A stretch of DNA of 64,000 nucleotides from an uncultured Acidimicrobiia bacterium (lineage in GTDB: Bacteria; Acidobacteriota; Terriglobia; Versatilivoradales; Versatilivoraceae), in assembly GCA_963786955.1 (NCBI GenBank), contig CAWBAT010000004.1, positions 448,001-512,000 of the forward strand, written 5' to 3'. The position numbers were made by a program, and so were the translations under genes. The notes below the pieces were generated by a model. The model was given only the letters and a program-made list of their open reading frames with translations. It did no database searches and was not told the DNA's origin. Shown here in pieces: positions 24,875 through 36,469 of this stretch. How positions within the stretch are numbered: position 1 is the stretch's first letter; each line of letters opens with the position of its first letter.

Positions 24875-25321
24875 ATGATCGGACTTAATAACTTGCGGCC
24901 ATCCGCCGGCTCAACCCAGTCGAAAAAAAGGCGTGGGTTGGGAATGGGCTCTGGTCTTGGCAAAACGGCAGGTCGCGGATACAAAGGGCAAAAATCGCGT
25001 TCGGGGGCCCGGTCCAAACGAGGGTTTGAAGGCGGTCAGATGCCATTGCACCGTCGCCTTCCCAAGAGAGGGTTTACCAATATCTTCCGGAAAGAGTATG
25101 CAATTCTCAACCTCGATCGATTGAAGGAGTTTCCTGCTGGCTCCCACATTACGCCGGACCTACTCCTTGAAAAAGGAGTCATTCGAAAGATTCGTGACGG
25201 CGTGAAAATTCTTGGAGGCGGAGAGCTCCTACATCCATTAAACATCACGGCTCACCTGTTCAGTAAGAGCGCACAGGAAAAGATTACCAAGGCAGGCGGG
25301 ACGTTTGAGGTTATCAAGTGA
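24875..25321 (+). CDS. rplO: 50S ribosomal protein L15
   Basis: [32 protein letters not shown]. Confidence 0.98.
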   Translation: MIGLNNLRPSAGSTQSKKRRGLGMGSGLGKTAGRGYKGQKSRSGARSKRGFEGGQMPLHRRLPKRGFTNIFRKEYAILNLDRLKEFPAGSHITPDLLLEKGVIRKIRDGVKILGGGELLHPLNITAHLFSKSAQEKITKAGGTFEVIK

Positions 25322-26694
25322 TTGAAAGTCTTCGCAATATTTGGAGCATGCCCGATCTGAGGAAGCGGATCTTTTTTACGCTTGCTCTTCTGGCCGTCTA
25401 CCGCGTGGGAGCCGTAATCCCGACCCCCGGAATTAACACGGAAGTTCTCACTCGTTTTTTCGAGCAAAATCGCGGAACCGTATTTGGTTTCCTGGATTTG
25501 TTCTCAGGCGGGAATCTTCGGCGTTTCACTATTTTCGCTCTTGGGATAACTCCTTACATCACCGCTTCTATCATCCTGCAACTTCTTACGGTGGTTTGGC
25601 CTTACCTGGAAAAACTCTCAAAAGAGGGAGAGCTCGGGCGAAAGAAAATTACCCAGTATACCCGCTATTTGACGGTTGTCTTGAGTCTGGTTCAGTCCAT
25701 TGGAATCGCAGTGACGTTTCAGAACATGCCGGACCGTCTGGTTCTTAACCCTGGGCTTCACTTCGTGATCATGACCGCCTTGACCCTGACGACTGGAACG
25801 GCGTTCATCATGTGGCTAGGAGAACAAATCTCGGACCGCGGCATCGGCAATGGAATGTCCTTAATTATTTTTGCCGGGATCGTCGTGGGACTGCCTCACG
25901 CCACGGCAGAGATTTATTCTAAGCTCGCCACCCAGCAATGGTCCCCTCTTGTTGTTATCTTGATGTTGGCTATGATGGTAGTGGTTGTCGCCTTTATCGT
26001 GATGGTGGAACGCGCACAGCGCAGAATCCCCGTACAATATGCCAAACGTGTCGTGGGACGAAAAGTGATGGGAGGCCAGTCCACCCATCTCCCATTGAAG
26101 GTCAACATTGGTGGAGTGATACCGGTTATTTTTGCTTCTTCTATTCTTGCCTTTCCGCAAACTTTTGGATACCTGTTCCCCGGCAGCCGGTTCTTCCGGA
26201 ATATGTCAGAAGCTCTGCGGATTGGGGAACCGTTGTGGAACTTGCTCTATATCACCGGAATTATCTTCTTTTGTTATTTCTATACCTCGATTGTTTTCAA
26301 CCCCAACGAAGTGGCGGATAACATGAGGAAATACGGTGGCTTTATCCCAGGGATTCGTCCGGGGAAGAAAACGGCCGAGTATATTGAAACAATTCTTAAT
26401 CGGATCACTTTTGCGGGCGCCATTTATCTCGCGATGATTGCCATTATTCCTGAATTCATGATCTCGGGCTTCCACGTTCATCACCTCCCTTTTATAGGGC
26501 GTTATCTGGAGACGCTTCCGAGCTGGATCTTGAACGGGATGGGTGTCCAATTTTACTTTGGAGGGACTTCCCTCCTCATTGTGGTCGGCGTTGCCATGGA
26601 CACAGTCCAACAGGTTGAAGCGCAGCTGGTCATGCGACACTATGATGGGTTCTTGGGACCGCGAGGCCGAAGAGTTAGAGGACGAAAAGCTTAG
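25318..26694 (+). CDS. secY: Preprotein translocase subunit SecY
   Basis: [46 protein letters not shown]. Confidence 0.99.
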   Translation: MIESLRNIWSMPDLRKRIFFTLALLAVYRVGAVIPTPGINTEVLTRFFEQNRGTVFGFLDLFSGGNLRRFTIFALGITPYITASIILQLLTVVWPYLEKLSKEGELGRKKITQYTRYLTVVLSLVQSIGIAVTFQNMPDRLVLNPGLHFVIMTALTLTTGTAFIMWLGEQISDRGIGNGMSLIIFAGIVVGLPHATAEIYSKLATQQWSPLVVILMLAMMVVVVAFIVMVERAQRRIPVQYAKRVVGRKVMGGQSTHLPLKVNIGGVIPVIFASSILAFPQTFGYLFPGSRFFRNMSEALRIGEPLWNLLYITGIIFFCYFYTSIVFNPNEVADNMRKYGGFIPGIRPGKKTAEYIETILNRITFAGAIYLAMIAIIPEFMISGFHVHHLPFIGRYLETLPSWILNGMGVQFYFGGTSLLIVVGVAMDTVQQVEAQLVMRHYDGFLGPRGRRVRGRKA

Positions 26695-26733
26695 CTTCGA
26701 CAAACCAGCACCTCTTGTCTGAACGCTATACGC

Positions 26734-26763
26734 TTGAAGATAAACATGGTTCTAGTCTATACT
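26734..26763 (+). promoter_or_regulatory. Putative sigma70 promoter upstream of infA
   Basis: TTGAAG-N18-TATACT in the secY-infA spacer. Confidence 0.45.
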
Positions 26764-26811
26764 GTTGTGTTTGACTCCAGTTCAGTGGATGGATACGGGT
26801 AGAGAATTAGA

Positions 26812-27030
26812 ATGTCAAAAGAAGAAGCCATAGAAGTCGTTGCGACTGTTTTGGAGCCGTTGCCAAATGCCATGTTCCGGGTAGAGCTTGATAACAAACA
26901 TGTCGTTCTGGCTCACATTTCCGGGAAAATGAGAAAAAATTTTATTCGAATTCTTCCAGGCGATAAAGTTGCGGTTGAGCTTTCCCCTTACGATTTGACT
27001 CGGGGAAGAATCGTCTACCGCTACAAGTAA
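26812..27030 (+). CDS. infA: Translation initiation factor IF-1
   Basis: [31 protein letters not shown]. Confidence 0.99.
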   Translation: MSKEEAIEVVATVLEPLPNAMFRVELDNKHVVLAHISGKMRKNFIRILPGDKVAVELSPYDLTRGRIVYRYK

Positions 27031-27049
27031 ATTTGTTCAGGACTAACCA

Positions 27050-27163
27050 ATGAAAGTCAGGTCTTCCGTAAAAAAGATTTGTGATAAGTGCAAGGTCATC
27101 CATCGTCGTGGAGTGGTCCGGGTGATTTGCACAAATTCTAAACATAAGCAGCGGCAGGGATAG
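27050..27163 (+). CDS. rpmJ: 50S ribosomal protein L36 (Zn-binding form)
   Basis: Below ORF-track cut-off; manual translation [37 protein letters not shown]. Confidence 0.98.
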   Translation: MKVRSSVKKICDKCKVIHRRGVVRVICTNSKHKQRQG

Positions 27164-27214
27164 ATTTTTTCCTGGCCACAGATTGAATGGACAGCGCCGG
27201 AGTTAGGGGGAAAA

Positions 27215-27601
27215 GTGGCACGTATTGTCGGAATTGATTTGCCGAGAGACAAAAGGGTCGAAGTGGGGCTGACGTATATTCATGGGATTGGCAGATCCCG
27301 AGCTTCCCGGATATGCCAGCTTGCCGCCATTAATGTGGATACTAAGGTCAGAGACTTGACTGAAGATGAGGTGACAAAAATTCGCCAGCTCATCGAAGAT
27401 CAAGGAGCCGTCGAAGGAGACCTTCGCAAGGAAGTCTCGATGAATATCAAACGGTTAATGGAAATTGGCTCATACCGCGGGTTGCGCCACCGGAAAGGCT
27501 TGCCGGTTCGTGGTCAGAGAACCCACACCAACGCGAGAACTCGCAAGGGACCGCGAAAGGGAGCCATTGCCGGAAAGAAGAAACCCACTGGAAAGACATA
27601 A
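27215..27601 (+). CDS. rpsM: 30S ribosomal protein S13
   Basis: [33 protein letters not shown]. Confidence 0.98.
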   Translation: MARIVGIDLPRDKRVEVGLTYIHGIGRSRASRICQLAAINVDTKVRDLTEDEVTKIRQLIEDQGAVEGDLRKEVSMNIKRLMEIGSYRGLRHRKGLPVRGQRTHTNARTRKGPRKGAIAGKKKPTGKT

Positions 27602-27640
27602 GAGTTTTTGAGGATTCCACGATAGAGGAGTCGGAGGGAA

Positions 27641-28048
27641 ATGGCGAAGGCACCAAGCAAGACCGGCAAGAAGAAGACATTCAAGAAAAAGGAAAAACGG
27701 GTTGTCTTGAACGGGATGGTCTACATTCAAGCAACCTTTAATAATACGGTTGTGAGTATCACGGACACTCAAGGAAACTTGGTCTGCTGGTCCAGCGCCG
27801 GTTCATTGGGATTCAAAGGATCGAGGAAAGGGACCCCATTCGCAGCGCAGCAAGCCTCTCAGTCAGCTGCTTCACGAGCGCGCGAATGCGGCATGAAGAC
27901 AATCGACGTTTTGGTCAAAGGGCCAGGGTCTGGGCGTGAGTCGGCGATCCGTGCGTTACAGAGTGCGGGGTTAGAAGTGAAATCCATCCGGGATGTCACG
28001 CCGATTCCCCATAACGGGTGCCGGCCTCCAAAAAGACGGCGGGTTTAA
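27641..28048 (+). CDS. rpsK: 30S ribosomal protein S11
   Basis: [37 protein letters not shown]. Confidence 0.99.
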   Translation: MAKAPSKTGKKKTFKKKEKRVVLNGMVYIQATFNNTVVSITDTQGNLVCWSSAGSLGFKGSRKGTPFAAQQASQSAASRARECGMKTIDVLVKGPGSGRESAIRALQSAGLEVKSIRDVTPIPHNGCRPPKRRRV

Positions 28049-28153
28049 CGGTGTGGCGCGGTTTCCGATTCCGCGATCTTCATCAGAAAATGCGGTCATT
28101 TACGAAAGATTTTGATATTCAAATCAGAAAGCTAGTCGAACGGGAGGATTAAT

Positions 28154-28783
28154 TTGGCAAGGTATCGAGAATCTGTTTGCCGATTATGCCGCCGAGAAGG
28201 CATGAAGTTATTTCTCAAAGGGGATCGCTGCTTTAAGGACTCTTGCGCCATCGAGAAACGAAATTTCACGCCCGGCCAGCATGGGCAAGCTAGAAAATCC
28301 AAGATCGTTGGTTATGGTCTTCAGCTCCGTGAGAAACAAAAGGTTAAACGAATCTACGGACTTCTGGAAAATCAATTTAGGAATTATTTCGAGAAGGCCT
28401 CTGGACAAAAGGGTGTGACCGGAGAACTGCTTTTGCAAATGCTTGAGCGGCGCCTTGATAACACGGTCTACCGTTTGGGCTTTGCCTCTTCGAGGGCTCA
28501 AGGACGGCAGCTAGTCTGCCACGGCCATGTGCGGGTAAATAACACAAAGGTAGACATTCCGTCTTTCCAGGTCAAGCCGGGCGACATCGTCTCAGTGACA
28601 GAGAAAAGTCAGAAAATACCCACGGTTGTCAACGCGGTGGAGATGATTGGAAGCAGGGGCATCCCAAGTTGGCTGGAACTCGATAGCACCAAATTCTCAG
28701 GAAAAGTTTTGGCCTTACCGAAGCGTGAGGATACCAATCTCCCAGTACAAGAACGATTGATTGTTGAGCTTTATTCCAAGTAA
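28154..28783 (+). CDS. rpsD: 30S ribosomal protein S4 (Zn-binding form)
   Basis: [15 protein letters not shown]...C, LERRLDN, IVELYSK. Confidence 0.98.
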   Translation: MARYRESVCRLCRREGMKLFLKGDRCFKDSCAIEKRNFTPGQHGQARKSKIVGYGLQLREKQKVKRIYGLLENQFRNYFEKASGQKGVTGELLLQMLERRLDNTVYRLGFASSRAQGRQLVCHGHVRVNNTKVDIPSFQVKPGDIVSVTEKSQKIPTVVNAVEMIGSRGIPSWLELDSTKFSGKVLALPKREDTNLPVQERLIVELYSK

Positions 28784-28878
28784 TGGATTCACATTTTAGG
28801 ATTTTCGGAACAATGGGATTTTAATTTACCACATTGAATCTTGTCATTAACGGCAAGATCTTGGAGGCCGCTTTGTTT

Positions 28879-29874
28879 ATGTTATGGAAAGGTTTTCAGA
28901 AACCCAAAAGACTCTCCATTGTTTCTGATGAGAACAACCGAAATTATGGTCAGTTTTCCGCCCAACCATTTGAACGTGGGTTTGGAACAACGATCGGTAA
29001 TGCCTTACGTAGGGTTTTGTTGTCATCGATTGAAGGGGCAGCTGTCACCGCCCTCAAAGTTGAGGGCATATTGCACGAGTTTTCTCCGATTCCGGGAGTC
29101 GTCGAAGACGCCACGGATATCATTCTCAATTTAAAGCAAGTGCCCTTCCGCTTAAATTCTGAAGGCTTTAAGACAATTTATCTGGAATCAGACGGACCAG
29201 GAGTTCTGACGTCAGGCCAAATAAAGTCCGATGCCGATGTTGAGATTCTTGATAAAAGCGTTTATTTGGCAACCGTCAGCGAAGGGGGAAAGCTGTCCAT
29301 TGAAATGCGACTGAAAAACGGGCGTGGTTACGTCTCTGCCGATAAGAACTTTGACGAAGATTTGTCCATTGGCTACATTCCGGTGGACTCGGTTCACTCC
29401 CCCGTTAAGAAAGTCAATTACATCATCGAACCGGCCCGTCTCGGGCAGACTACGGATTACGAAAAGTTAACACTGGATGTCTGGACCAATGGTTGCGTCA
29501 CACCGCAGGACTCGATTGGTTTTGCCGCCAAGCTTCTCAAAGACCATATGTCCATCTTCATTAATTTTGAGGAGCAGCCGGAAACCCGCGAAGAAAAGCC
29601 CGAAAAACCTGCAGAATTAATTAACGAGAACCTTTCGAAATCAGTTGAGGAACTGGAACTCTCCGTTCGTTCTTACAACTGCCTGAAAAATGCCAATATC
29701 AAGACGATTGGGGAATTGGTCCAGAAATCAGAATCAGAAATGCTGAAGACTAAGAATTTTGGCCGTAAATCGCTGAATGAGATCAAAGAGATTCTCGCGA
29801 GTATGGGTTTAAGCTTGGGAATGACTTTGGACGAGCGGGGCCAGCCCGTTGCGGCTTCAGTAAAGAGTGAATAA
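28879..29874 (+). CDS. rpoA: RNA polymerase alpha subunit
   Basis: [44 protein letters not shown]; ATG at 28879 after GGAGG. Confidence 0.99.
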   Translation: MLWKGFQKPKRLSIVSDENNRNYGQFSAQPFERGFGTTIGNALRRVLLSSIEGAAVTALKVEGILHEFSPIPGVVEDATDIILNLKQVPFRLNSEGFKTIYLESDGPGVLTSGQIKSDADVEILDKSVYLATVSEGGKLSIEMRLKNGRGYVSADKNFDEDLSIGYIPVDSVHSPVKKVNYIIEPARLGQTTDYEKLTLDVWTNGCVTPQDSIGFAAKLLKDHMSIFINFEEQPETREEKPEKPAELINENLSKSVEELELSVRSYNCLKNANIKTIGELVQKSESEMLKTKNFGRKSLNEIKEILASMGLSLGMTLDERGQPVAASVKSE

Positions 29875-29983
29875 AGCCACCGTTTCTTCTTTCCGTGCCT
29901 CAGTCAAGTCGTCCAGAAAAAGCCAAGGATGCGGAGGGAAGCCGGCAGTTGAACTGTTTTGATTTTGTAAGGAGATATTGCCA

Positions 29984-30445
29984 ATGCGACATCGGGTCCA
30001 CGGTCGAAAGTTGGGACGGCCGACTCCTCATCGCCGTGCATTGTTAAGAAATCTATGCACTTCTCTCTTCGAGCATGAACGAATTACCACGACCGTTGAG
30101 AAAGCAAAAGAACTGCGTCCAGTGGCTGAAAAGCTCATTACCCTGGGTAAAGACGGAGGGCTGCACGCGCGCCGACAGGCTGCGACGCAGCTCCTGAACG
30201 CAGCTGTCGTCAAGAAGCTCTTTGACGTTATTGCTAACCGGTTTGCAGATCGTCACGGAGGCTATACCCGGATTGTCAAATTAGATTATCGCAAAGGCGA
30301 CGGAGCGGATAGGGCAGTCATCGAACTGCTGGGGAGTGAGCTCAGTGTTAAGAAGGCAGAGCGCACTGCCGCCGCTAAAACAGCTGGCGGGAAGTCGAAA
30401 ACAGAAAAATCCAAGGCCAAACAGGAAGACGAAAAAGAGAAATAG
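29984..30445 (+). CDS. rplQ: 50S ribosomal protein L17
   Basis: [26 protein letters not shown]. Confidence 0.98.
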   Translation: MRHRVHGRKLGRPTPHRRALLRNLCTSLFEHERITTTVEKAKELRPVAEKLITLGKDGGLHARRQAATQLLNAAVVKKLFDVIANRFADRHGGYTRIVKLDYRKGDGADRAVIELLGSELSVKKAERTAAAKTAGGKSKTEKSKAKQEDEKEK

Positions 30446-30450
30446 GGCTC

Positions 30451-30478
30451 GAGCACTCTGCGTGAGTAGAGTGTTTTT
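30451..30478 (+). terminator. Intrinsic terminator after rplQ (first of two)
   Basis: GAGCACTCTGC-GTGA-GTAGAGTGTTT followed by T residues. Confidence 0.7.
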
Positions 30479-30538
30479 CGTTTCAGGGTTTCCGCTCACT
30501 GGAGCATGCTGAATCCCCTTAAAATCAGTCGTCGCTAG

Positions 30539-30568
30539 AATCCTCAGTTTCCACTGGGGATTTTTTTT
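30539..30568 (+). terminator. Second intrinsic terminator after rplQ
   Basis: AATCCTCAGT-ttcc-ACTGGGGATT running into a T8 tract. Confidence 0.7.
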
Positions 30569-30637
30569 CCCCCTTCCCCCTCTTAGATTTTGTCTTTGGC
30601 GTGAGATGCTGGGTGGAACCAGAAGGCAGGTCTTATT

Positions 30638-31180
30638 TTGATAATCCCGCACTCTCTAAGAAAACGTCAAGAAATCTACAAAGGACGCATTGTCAATCTG
30701 ATCGTTGATGAGATTACAACGACAAATGGGATTGAGACAATCCGCGAAGTATTCCATCACCCCGGGGGGGCTGCGATAGTACCTGTTCTCCCCAACGGGA
30801 AAATCCTCCTGGTAAAACAGTTCCGCTATCCCATGCAGGAAATTCTCCTCGAATTGCCCGCAGGAAAGATCGACCCCGGGGAAGCACCCGAAGTTACTGC
30901 TGCTCGGGAGCTTGAGGAAGAGGTAGGTTACACGGCCGGCAGTTTAAAGAAGATGGCTGAATTTTACAGCACCCCTGGATTCTGTGACGAAAAAATTCAC
31001 CTTTACCTGGGCGAAAACCTCCGACCGTGCCAGGCCGGTGGAGACCATGACGAAGAACTCGAGGTTCTCTCTTTTACACTTCCAGAGCTATTGGAACTGA
31101 TTCACAGCGCAAAAATTAACGACGCCAAAACGATCATTGGCATTCAATTTTTGGCTCTCCAACTGACGGGGCCAAGTTGA
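30638..31180 (+). CDS. NUDIX hydrolase, ADP-ribose pyrophosphatase-like
   Basis: QFRYP, ELPAGKID.GE....AARELEEEVG Nudix box, STPGFCDE, DAKTI. Confidence 0.92.
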   Translation: MIIPHSLRKRQEIYKGRIVNLIVDEITTTNGIETIREVFHHPGGAAIVPVLPNGKILLVKQFRYPMQEILLELPAGKIDPGEAPEVTAARELEEEVGYTAGSLKKMAEFYSTPGFCDEKIHLYLGENLRPCQAGGDHDEELEVLSFTLPELLELIHSAKINDAKTIIGIQFLALQLTGPS

Positions 31181-31236
31181 TAGAAATGGATTTTCAGTGG
31201 GCACAAAGGTTTCTTTCTTGAAAGGAGAGATTTGCC

Positions 31237-31749
31237 ATGGCTGACCGTGGTGACGGGATCTATTCGGAACTCTCAGATTTTCTTAATCTGGTGGATTGTC
31301 CGGGATGCGGCAAGCTTCTAAATGCCGCTCCTATCTGGGAATACGTCCTTCGCAGCGGCTACTCGTCCTGCGGCCAATGCTGGATGGTCTTTGCCTTAAA
31401 GCAAGGTGCTCAATTAGATGGCTTCAAACTGCGTGCAGAAGATCTAGACAGAGTGGTGGATGACATCGAAACGGCGAATGCAAGCAATTACTTGTGGGAT
31501 TCTGATCGACTGGAACAAAGTCGTGGAGTCGCTGTGGATTTTTTTGTCAGCGTTGGGCTGACGGCCTTTTTTGACGGCCTGGAACGCAGCTATCCAGTTC
31601 TAAATAAACAAGACTATGAATTAGCCTGGCGGTATCTTTCGCAAGCCGGAGCACTCGCTGTCGACAATCTAGACACCCGCTTGATCGCCGATGCTTTTGA
31701 GAAAGTGGAGAAGTATAAGCCCTACGACTTGGATCGACCATCTGCATGA
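31237..31749 (+). CDS. Hypothetical protein with N-terminal CxxC...CxxC
   Basis: Strong RBS (AAAGGAG), CPGC...CGQC, acidic helical remainder; family not recognised. Confidence 0.7.
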   Translation: MADRGDGIYSELSDFLNLVDCPGCGKLLNAAPIWEYVLRSGYSSCGQCWMVFALKQGAQLDGFKLRAEDLDRVVDDIETANASNYLWDSDRLEQSRGVAVDFFVSVGLTAFFDGLERSYPVLNKQDYELAWRYLSQAGALAVDNLDTRLIADAFEKVEKYKPYDLDRPSA

Positions 31750-31893
31750 CGAGGTTGGCCCTTACTGTATCCGAAAGGGAAATAATCCCGAATTCCGAAT
31801 TTGCGTGAGCGTCACTAGGTGGAGCGGGCGCTCCCACGCGCGCGTTCTATGAATCCCCAAGCCGCAGGTGTGACTTCTTCTAGCAAGCAGGCT

Positions 31894-32751
31894 CTAGTTT
31901 CTCTTCCGCTCTACTTGTTGGATTGGCCCGGTCAAGATCATCTTCCCCCAGGTAGAATCATCGTCCCCTTTGCCGTAAATGAGCAAATGTCCGCCATAGT
32001 CACCTCCATCTGGATCCGTATGGACAATTTCCAATCCATACTCGTCTCCCACTTTAGGTTTGTGCCACTTGGGGTCGCTTTGGCTCAACGTCTCAGCCAT
32101 CTTCACCCGAGCCTCGAGAATGAAGTCACCTTTTCCGGTGCCCCATGGGTTCATCTTAATTGAGTAATCACCGGCACCTTTTGGGATGGGTTCTTCAATG
32201 TATGTTTTTCCCGGAGCACCATGACGCCACCAAGCACCATACTTCGGGTGGCTGACATCGATCACAAAACAAAAGGCATTGTCTCCCTGACCAAATGACT
32301 CAGGGACTTCGTCCCGGGGAGCTTCAATGAACCAACAAATGCAGTCTTTAAAGTACCAACGTTTGTCTTCAGGAGCAGGATCGGCAACGTCATTGACGTT
32401 GTCGTGCACCTCGGCTCCAAAGTACAAATAGGTCTCGTCCCACGCCATAAAATACCGAGCGTTTAGGTCGTCTTGGGGAGATGGCTCATTGCCATGGTCT
32501 GTGAGTCGATTCCGGCCCGGCTCGTACCAGGAACTTTGTTGAACGCGGTAGATATCCCAGAGCCCGTCGGTAAAAGCCCAGGGCTTCCAATCCGACAAAT
32601 CACCATCAATATTGGGAGGGTTTTCAAGCCGTGGGACCCGAATGACGGGGATAGCTGTCTGCGAATATGCGAAAGCAGAAATCAGGATTTGTCCAACAAC
32701 CAGGAAGATCGCCATCGTCAACTTTTTCAGGCTTGGTTTTTTCTTTCTCAT
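31894..32751 (-). CDS. Secreted CBM9/DOMON-like sugar-binding protein
   Basis: Signal peptide; P.IDGDLSDW, MAWDETYLYF.AEVHD motifs. Confidence 0.75.
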   Translation of the reverse strand: MRKKKPSLKKLTMAIFLVVGQILISAFAYSQTAIPVIRVPRLENPPNIDGDLSDWKPWAFTDGLWDIYRVQQSSWYEPGRNRLTDHGNEPSPQDDLNARYFMAWDETYLYFGAEVHDNVNDVADPAPEDKRWYFKDCICWFIEAPRDEVPESFGQGDNAFCFVIDVSHPKYGAWWRHGAPGKTYIEEPIPKGAGDYSIKMNPWGTGKGDFILEARVKMAETLSQSDPKWHKPKVGDEYGLEIVHTDPDGGDYGGHLLIYGKGDDDSTWGKMILTGPIQQVERKRN

Positions 32752-33196
32752 GATTATTTTATTCGGAAATCAATAATAGAGTTAGTTGGTTGCTTGTTTC
32801 AACCGACCAATCTTACACTGAACCCCGTGACCCTCCGTATTCATTTTCGGACCGCTTGAAAATCCCATTGCCTCGTCATTGAGAGCGTTTGTTACTGTCA
32901 AATATATCTCGCTCATGGGCCCGTAGATTCATGACATTCCCACTCATGCGAATCATTCCAGTCGACGATACAATAATTAGGGTTAGAAGAAGCTAGAATG
33001 AAATGTTTCTTTTTCTGCCTTCAGCTGCAAGAATGGCTGGGGCCAAATAATTTAACAGAAATTTCTGTGCGATAGGGAATAGAACTATTTTTCTTGACCG
33101 GATGCTGAGTTAGAGCAGATCCCTCCTTATTTGCCTTTCCACTCAATGGCTTTCGCGAAGTCTGAAATGTGCAGGACTTCGGAGTACTTGTGACGA

Positions 33197-35119
33197 ATGT
33201 GCGGCATATTTGGCAGTTTCAATCTAGATAGGAACTCCCCCTTGGATAGCCGTATCGCCCAACAAATGGGGGAACGTCTAAGGCATCGTGGGCCTGACCA
33301 GGAAGGCCTCTATCAGGATCAATCTATTTGCCTAGGACACCGGCGCCTCAGTATCATCGATTTGTCCGAAGCTGGCCGCCAACCGATGCCCAATGAGGAT
33401 GAGACCCTGTGGATTGTTTTTAACGGTGAAATCTACAATTACCAGGAACTGCGACCAGAACTGGAAAATCACGGTCATCGCTTCCGATCCAATGCGGATA
33501 CGGAGGTGATTCTACATCTGTTCGAAACTGAAGGGGAAGCCTGCGTCAACCGATTGCGCGGTATGTTCTCATTTGCAATTTGGAACTCACGTGACGAGAC
33601 ATTGTTTTTGGCGCGCGATCGCCTAGGTAAGAAGCCGCTCTACTATTATAGAGACTCTCGGGTTTTTGCTTTCGCTTCAGAAATGAAAGCATTACTTCTC
33701 CATCCTCGGGTTGCCAAAGAGATTGACCTCCAGGCCATCGACCAGTATTTGAGCTATCAATACATCCCCGCCCCACGCAGTATTTTCAGGGATATCCAAA
33801 AACTACCCCCTGCCCATTGTCTCATTTGCAAACGCAATGAATTTCGTTTCACGAAGTACTGGGAGCCGAATTTTTCACAAAAGATCTCCTTTCAATCAAC
33901 GAGCGAGCTGGAAGCAAGGGTCTTAAACCAGCTGGAGGAGTCTACCCGCATTCGACTTAAGAGTGATGTCCCGTTAGGGGCATTCTTAAGCGGAGGAGTC
34001 GACTCGAGCGCCGTCGTCGCAATGATGGCAAGAAACATGAATACACCGGTCAAGACATTTTCAATTGGGTTTGAAGAGGATGACTACAGCGAGCTCTCAT
34101 ACGCTCGCAGAATCGCAGATCTCTTTCAAACCGATCATCACGAGTTCATAGTAAAACCTGATGCCATAGAGGTTTTGCCAAAGCTGGTCTGGCACTATGA
34201 TGAACCGTTTTCAGATTCTTCAGCCCTTCCGACTTATTATCTCTCTCAAATGACACGGGGCCACGTGACGGTGGCCCTGAACGGGGACGGCGGAGATGAA
34301 GCATTCGCAGGCTATGAGAAGTATTTGGCCATGCAGTTCTTCTCCTACCTGAATCAGCTGCCTGGACGAGGCCGAAAGTGCCTACAGCGGGTGGGCGACA
34401 TTCTTCCTGAGCAAGCACAAAAGCGCAATCTCTTGCGGAAGTTTAAACGATTTTTGAGAACGAGTTCCGGAGATTTCACAACCGACTATCTTGGGTTAAT
34501 GACGCTCTTTGACGACAATTCGAAAAGGGCTCTTTACACTCCAGACTTTACCCGACGCCTTAAAGGTTATCCAACTGCGGACCGTTTCTTAAGCTCCCTT
34601 CTGGAACAGGGATCGTCTCTTCACTGGATCGATCGTATCTCCAGAACCGATTATGAGTCTTATCTTCCAAATGACCTCTTGGCAAAAGTTGACATTGCAA
34701 GCATGGCCCATTCGCTAGAACTTCGATCGCCTTTCTTGGACCACAAATTTGTAGAGTTCTCAGCGAGTTTACCCGCTCGGTTTAAATTACGTGGAACAAA
34801 AACAAAGTATCTGCTGAAACGGGCCTTGAAGGGGATTCTTCCTCATGACATTCTGAATCGGAAGAAAATGGGGTTTGGTGTCCCACTGAACCACTGGTTC
34901 CGTGGGCCATTGCGGGAATTTGCCAAGGATACCCTTTTGAGTGAGAAAAGCATCAACAGGAATTATTTTGAGCCCGTACAAGTGGGGCGGCTCCTGTCGG
35001 AACACTCCACAGGTAGAAAGGATCATGCTTACAAGATATGGAATCTGCTGGTTTTAGAGATTTGGCATCAAGTTTTTGTGGATGGTGCGACTCCAATGGC
35101 ACATCCCCTTGAGATCTGA
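33197..35119 (+). CDS. asnB: Asparagine synthase (glutamine-hydrolysing) family amidotransferase, probably glycan-modifying
   Basis: MCGIFG Ntn start, HRGPD, FNGEIYN, ARDRLGKKPLYY, LSGGVDSS, E.RSPFLDH; heads a glycosyltransferase operon. Confidence 0.95.
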   Translation: MCGIFGSFNLDRNSPLDSRIAQQMGERLRHRGPDQEGLYQDQSICLGHRRLSIIDLSEAGRQPMPNEDETLWIVFNGEIYNYQELRPELENHGHRFRSNADTEVILHLFETEGEACVNRLRGMFSFAIWNSRDETLFLARDRLGKKPLYYYRDSRVFAFASEMKALLLHPRVAKEIDLQAIDQYLSYQYIPAPRSIFRDIQKLPPAHCLICKRNEFRFTKYWEPNFSQKISFQSTSELEARVLNQLEESTRIRLKSDVPLGAFLSGGVDSSAVVAMMARNMNTPVKTFSIGFEEDDYSELSYARRIADLFQTDHHEFIVKPDAIEVLPKLVWHYDEPFSDSSALPTYYLSQMTRGHVTVALNGDGGDEAFAGYEKYLAMQFFSYLNQLPGRGRKCLQRVGDILPEQAQKRNLLRKFKRFLRTSSGDFTTDYLGLMTLFDDNSKRALYTPDFTRRLKGYPTADRFLSSLLEQGSSLHWIDRISRTDYESYLPNDLLAKVDIASMAHSLELRSPFLDHKFVEFSASLPARFKLRGTKTKYLLKRALKGILPHDILNRKKMGFGVPLNHWFRGPLREFAKDTLLSEKSINRNYFEPVQVGRLLSEHSTGRKDHAYKIWNLLVLEIWHQVFVDGATPMAHPLEI

Positions 35120-35200
35120 ATTCAATGGAAAGAACACATGCAGTTACTTCATTCTTCCTTTGACCCGAAATGGACCGGGGGCGCCTAGGCGGAACATGCA

Positions 35201-36373
35201 ATGATGCATTCAAAGTCGCAACCTCTTAAGCGAATCCTTTTCATTGCCACGACCACCCATATTGGAGGGGCCGAGAAAATTCTTTCCGCGATTGCGAAAC
35301 ATCTCCATCAAGAGGGAGTGAGTGTCGCGGTTTGCTCTTTGAAGCACAAAGGCCCCTATGGAGAGCAACTCGAATCGCTCGGGATTCCTGTTTACTCATT
35401 AGATATGGCAAACGACTCTGGCTTTCATGGGGTTTTGTCCTATCTGTTTTCCCTTCCCAGGCTCATCAGTAAGATTAGATCCTTCCGCCCTCAAATCATT
35501 CACGCCTTTCTTTTTCGCGCCAATCTCCTGGCCCGCATCGCGGCAAATCTCTGTCGAGTCTCCATTAACATCTCATCGATACGAATTATTGAAAACGACC
35601 GTCCCTTTTATTTCTTCTTGGACCGTCTGACTTCATCTCTCGTGACTCAATATCTAGCGGTTTCAGAGCGCGTCAAGGAGGTCACTTGTAAACGTTCCCA
35701 CATCGATGCTGAAAAGGTCCGGGTCATTCGCAATGGAATTGATCTCTCTATCTTTACTTCCAGCGGTCGGGCCGAAGATCACGGCAATTCCGTCTTACAA
35801 TTTGGTATCGGACCCCACTCACTTGTGTGCGGAACGGTGGCACGACTTCATCATCAAAAAGGGATTCGACATTTGATTGATGCCTTTGCCTTGTTGCGAT
35901 GCGAATTTCCAGATTTGAAGCTGCTAGTTGTAGGAGATGGACCGGAGCGAGTTAACCTGGCCAATCAGGCAGCAGCATTAGGGGTCTCCCAAAACGTTAT
36001 CTTTGCAGGGGAAAGGAATCCACCGGTTCATTGCCTAAGGTTGATGAATGTTTTTGTCTTGCCTTCTCTCTATGAAGGATTTCCCAATGCCGTATTGGAA
36101 GCCATGGCCGCGCTCGTTCCAGTCGTTGCTTCAGATGTGGGTGGCGTTGGTGAATTGGTGCGCCATGAACAGAACGGCTTACTTGTGCCGCCAGGAAGCC
36201 CGTCCAGGCTGGCAGATGCAATTCGCTCGCTCCTGCTAAACCCCGAAAAAGCAAGAGTCATGGCCACTTTGGCCTATGATCGAATTAGAAGAGAATTCAG
36301 TCTCGACGGCATGCTTCAAGAATACGATGATTTTTACGAAGAACTGTTGTCCAAAGAATCTTGTTGCGGGTAA
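35201..36373 (+). CDS. Glycosyltransferase family 4
   Basis: GGAEK, IRNGID, PSLYEGFPNAVLEAMA. Confidence 0.93.
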   Translation: MMHSKSQPLKRILFIATTTHIGGAEKILSAIAKHLHQEGVSVAVCSLKHKGPYGEQLESLGIPVYSLDMANDSGFHGVLSYLFSLPRLISKIRSFRPQIIHAFLFRANLLARIAANLCRVSINISSIRIIENDRPFYFFLDRLTSSLVTQYLAVSERVKEVTCKRSHIDAEKVRVIRNGIDLSIFTSSGRAEDHGNSVLQFGIGPHSLVCGTVARLHHQKGIRHLIDAFALLRCEFPDLKLLVVGDGPERVNLANQAAALGVSQNVIFAGERNPPVHCLRLMNVFVLPSLYEGFPNAVLEAMAALVPVVASDVGGVGELVRHEQNGLLVPPGSPSRLADAIRSLLLNPEKARVMATLAYDRIRREFSLDGMLQEYDDFYEELLSKESCCG

Positions 36374-36469
36374 ATTCCCCCACTCTCCACCCCGTTTCAG
36401 AAAGAAAGTTTATGAGAGGGGTAGTATTATCTCGGCCTTAACTCGCCGGATAGATCTGGGTCATTCCCC

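Noticed and set aside
33197-35119. AsnB as a lasso-peptide cyclase (RiPP cluster)
   Set aside because: Intact N-terminal Cys glutaminase domain, no B1/B2 protein or precursor seen, and glycosyltransferase context
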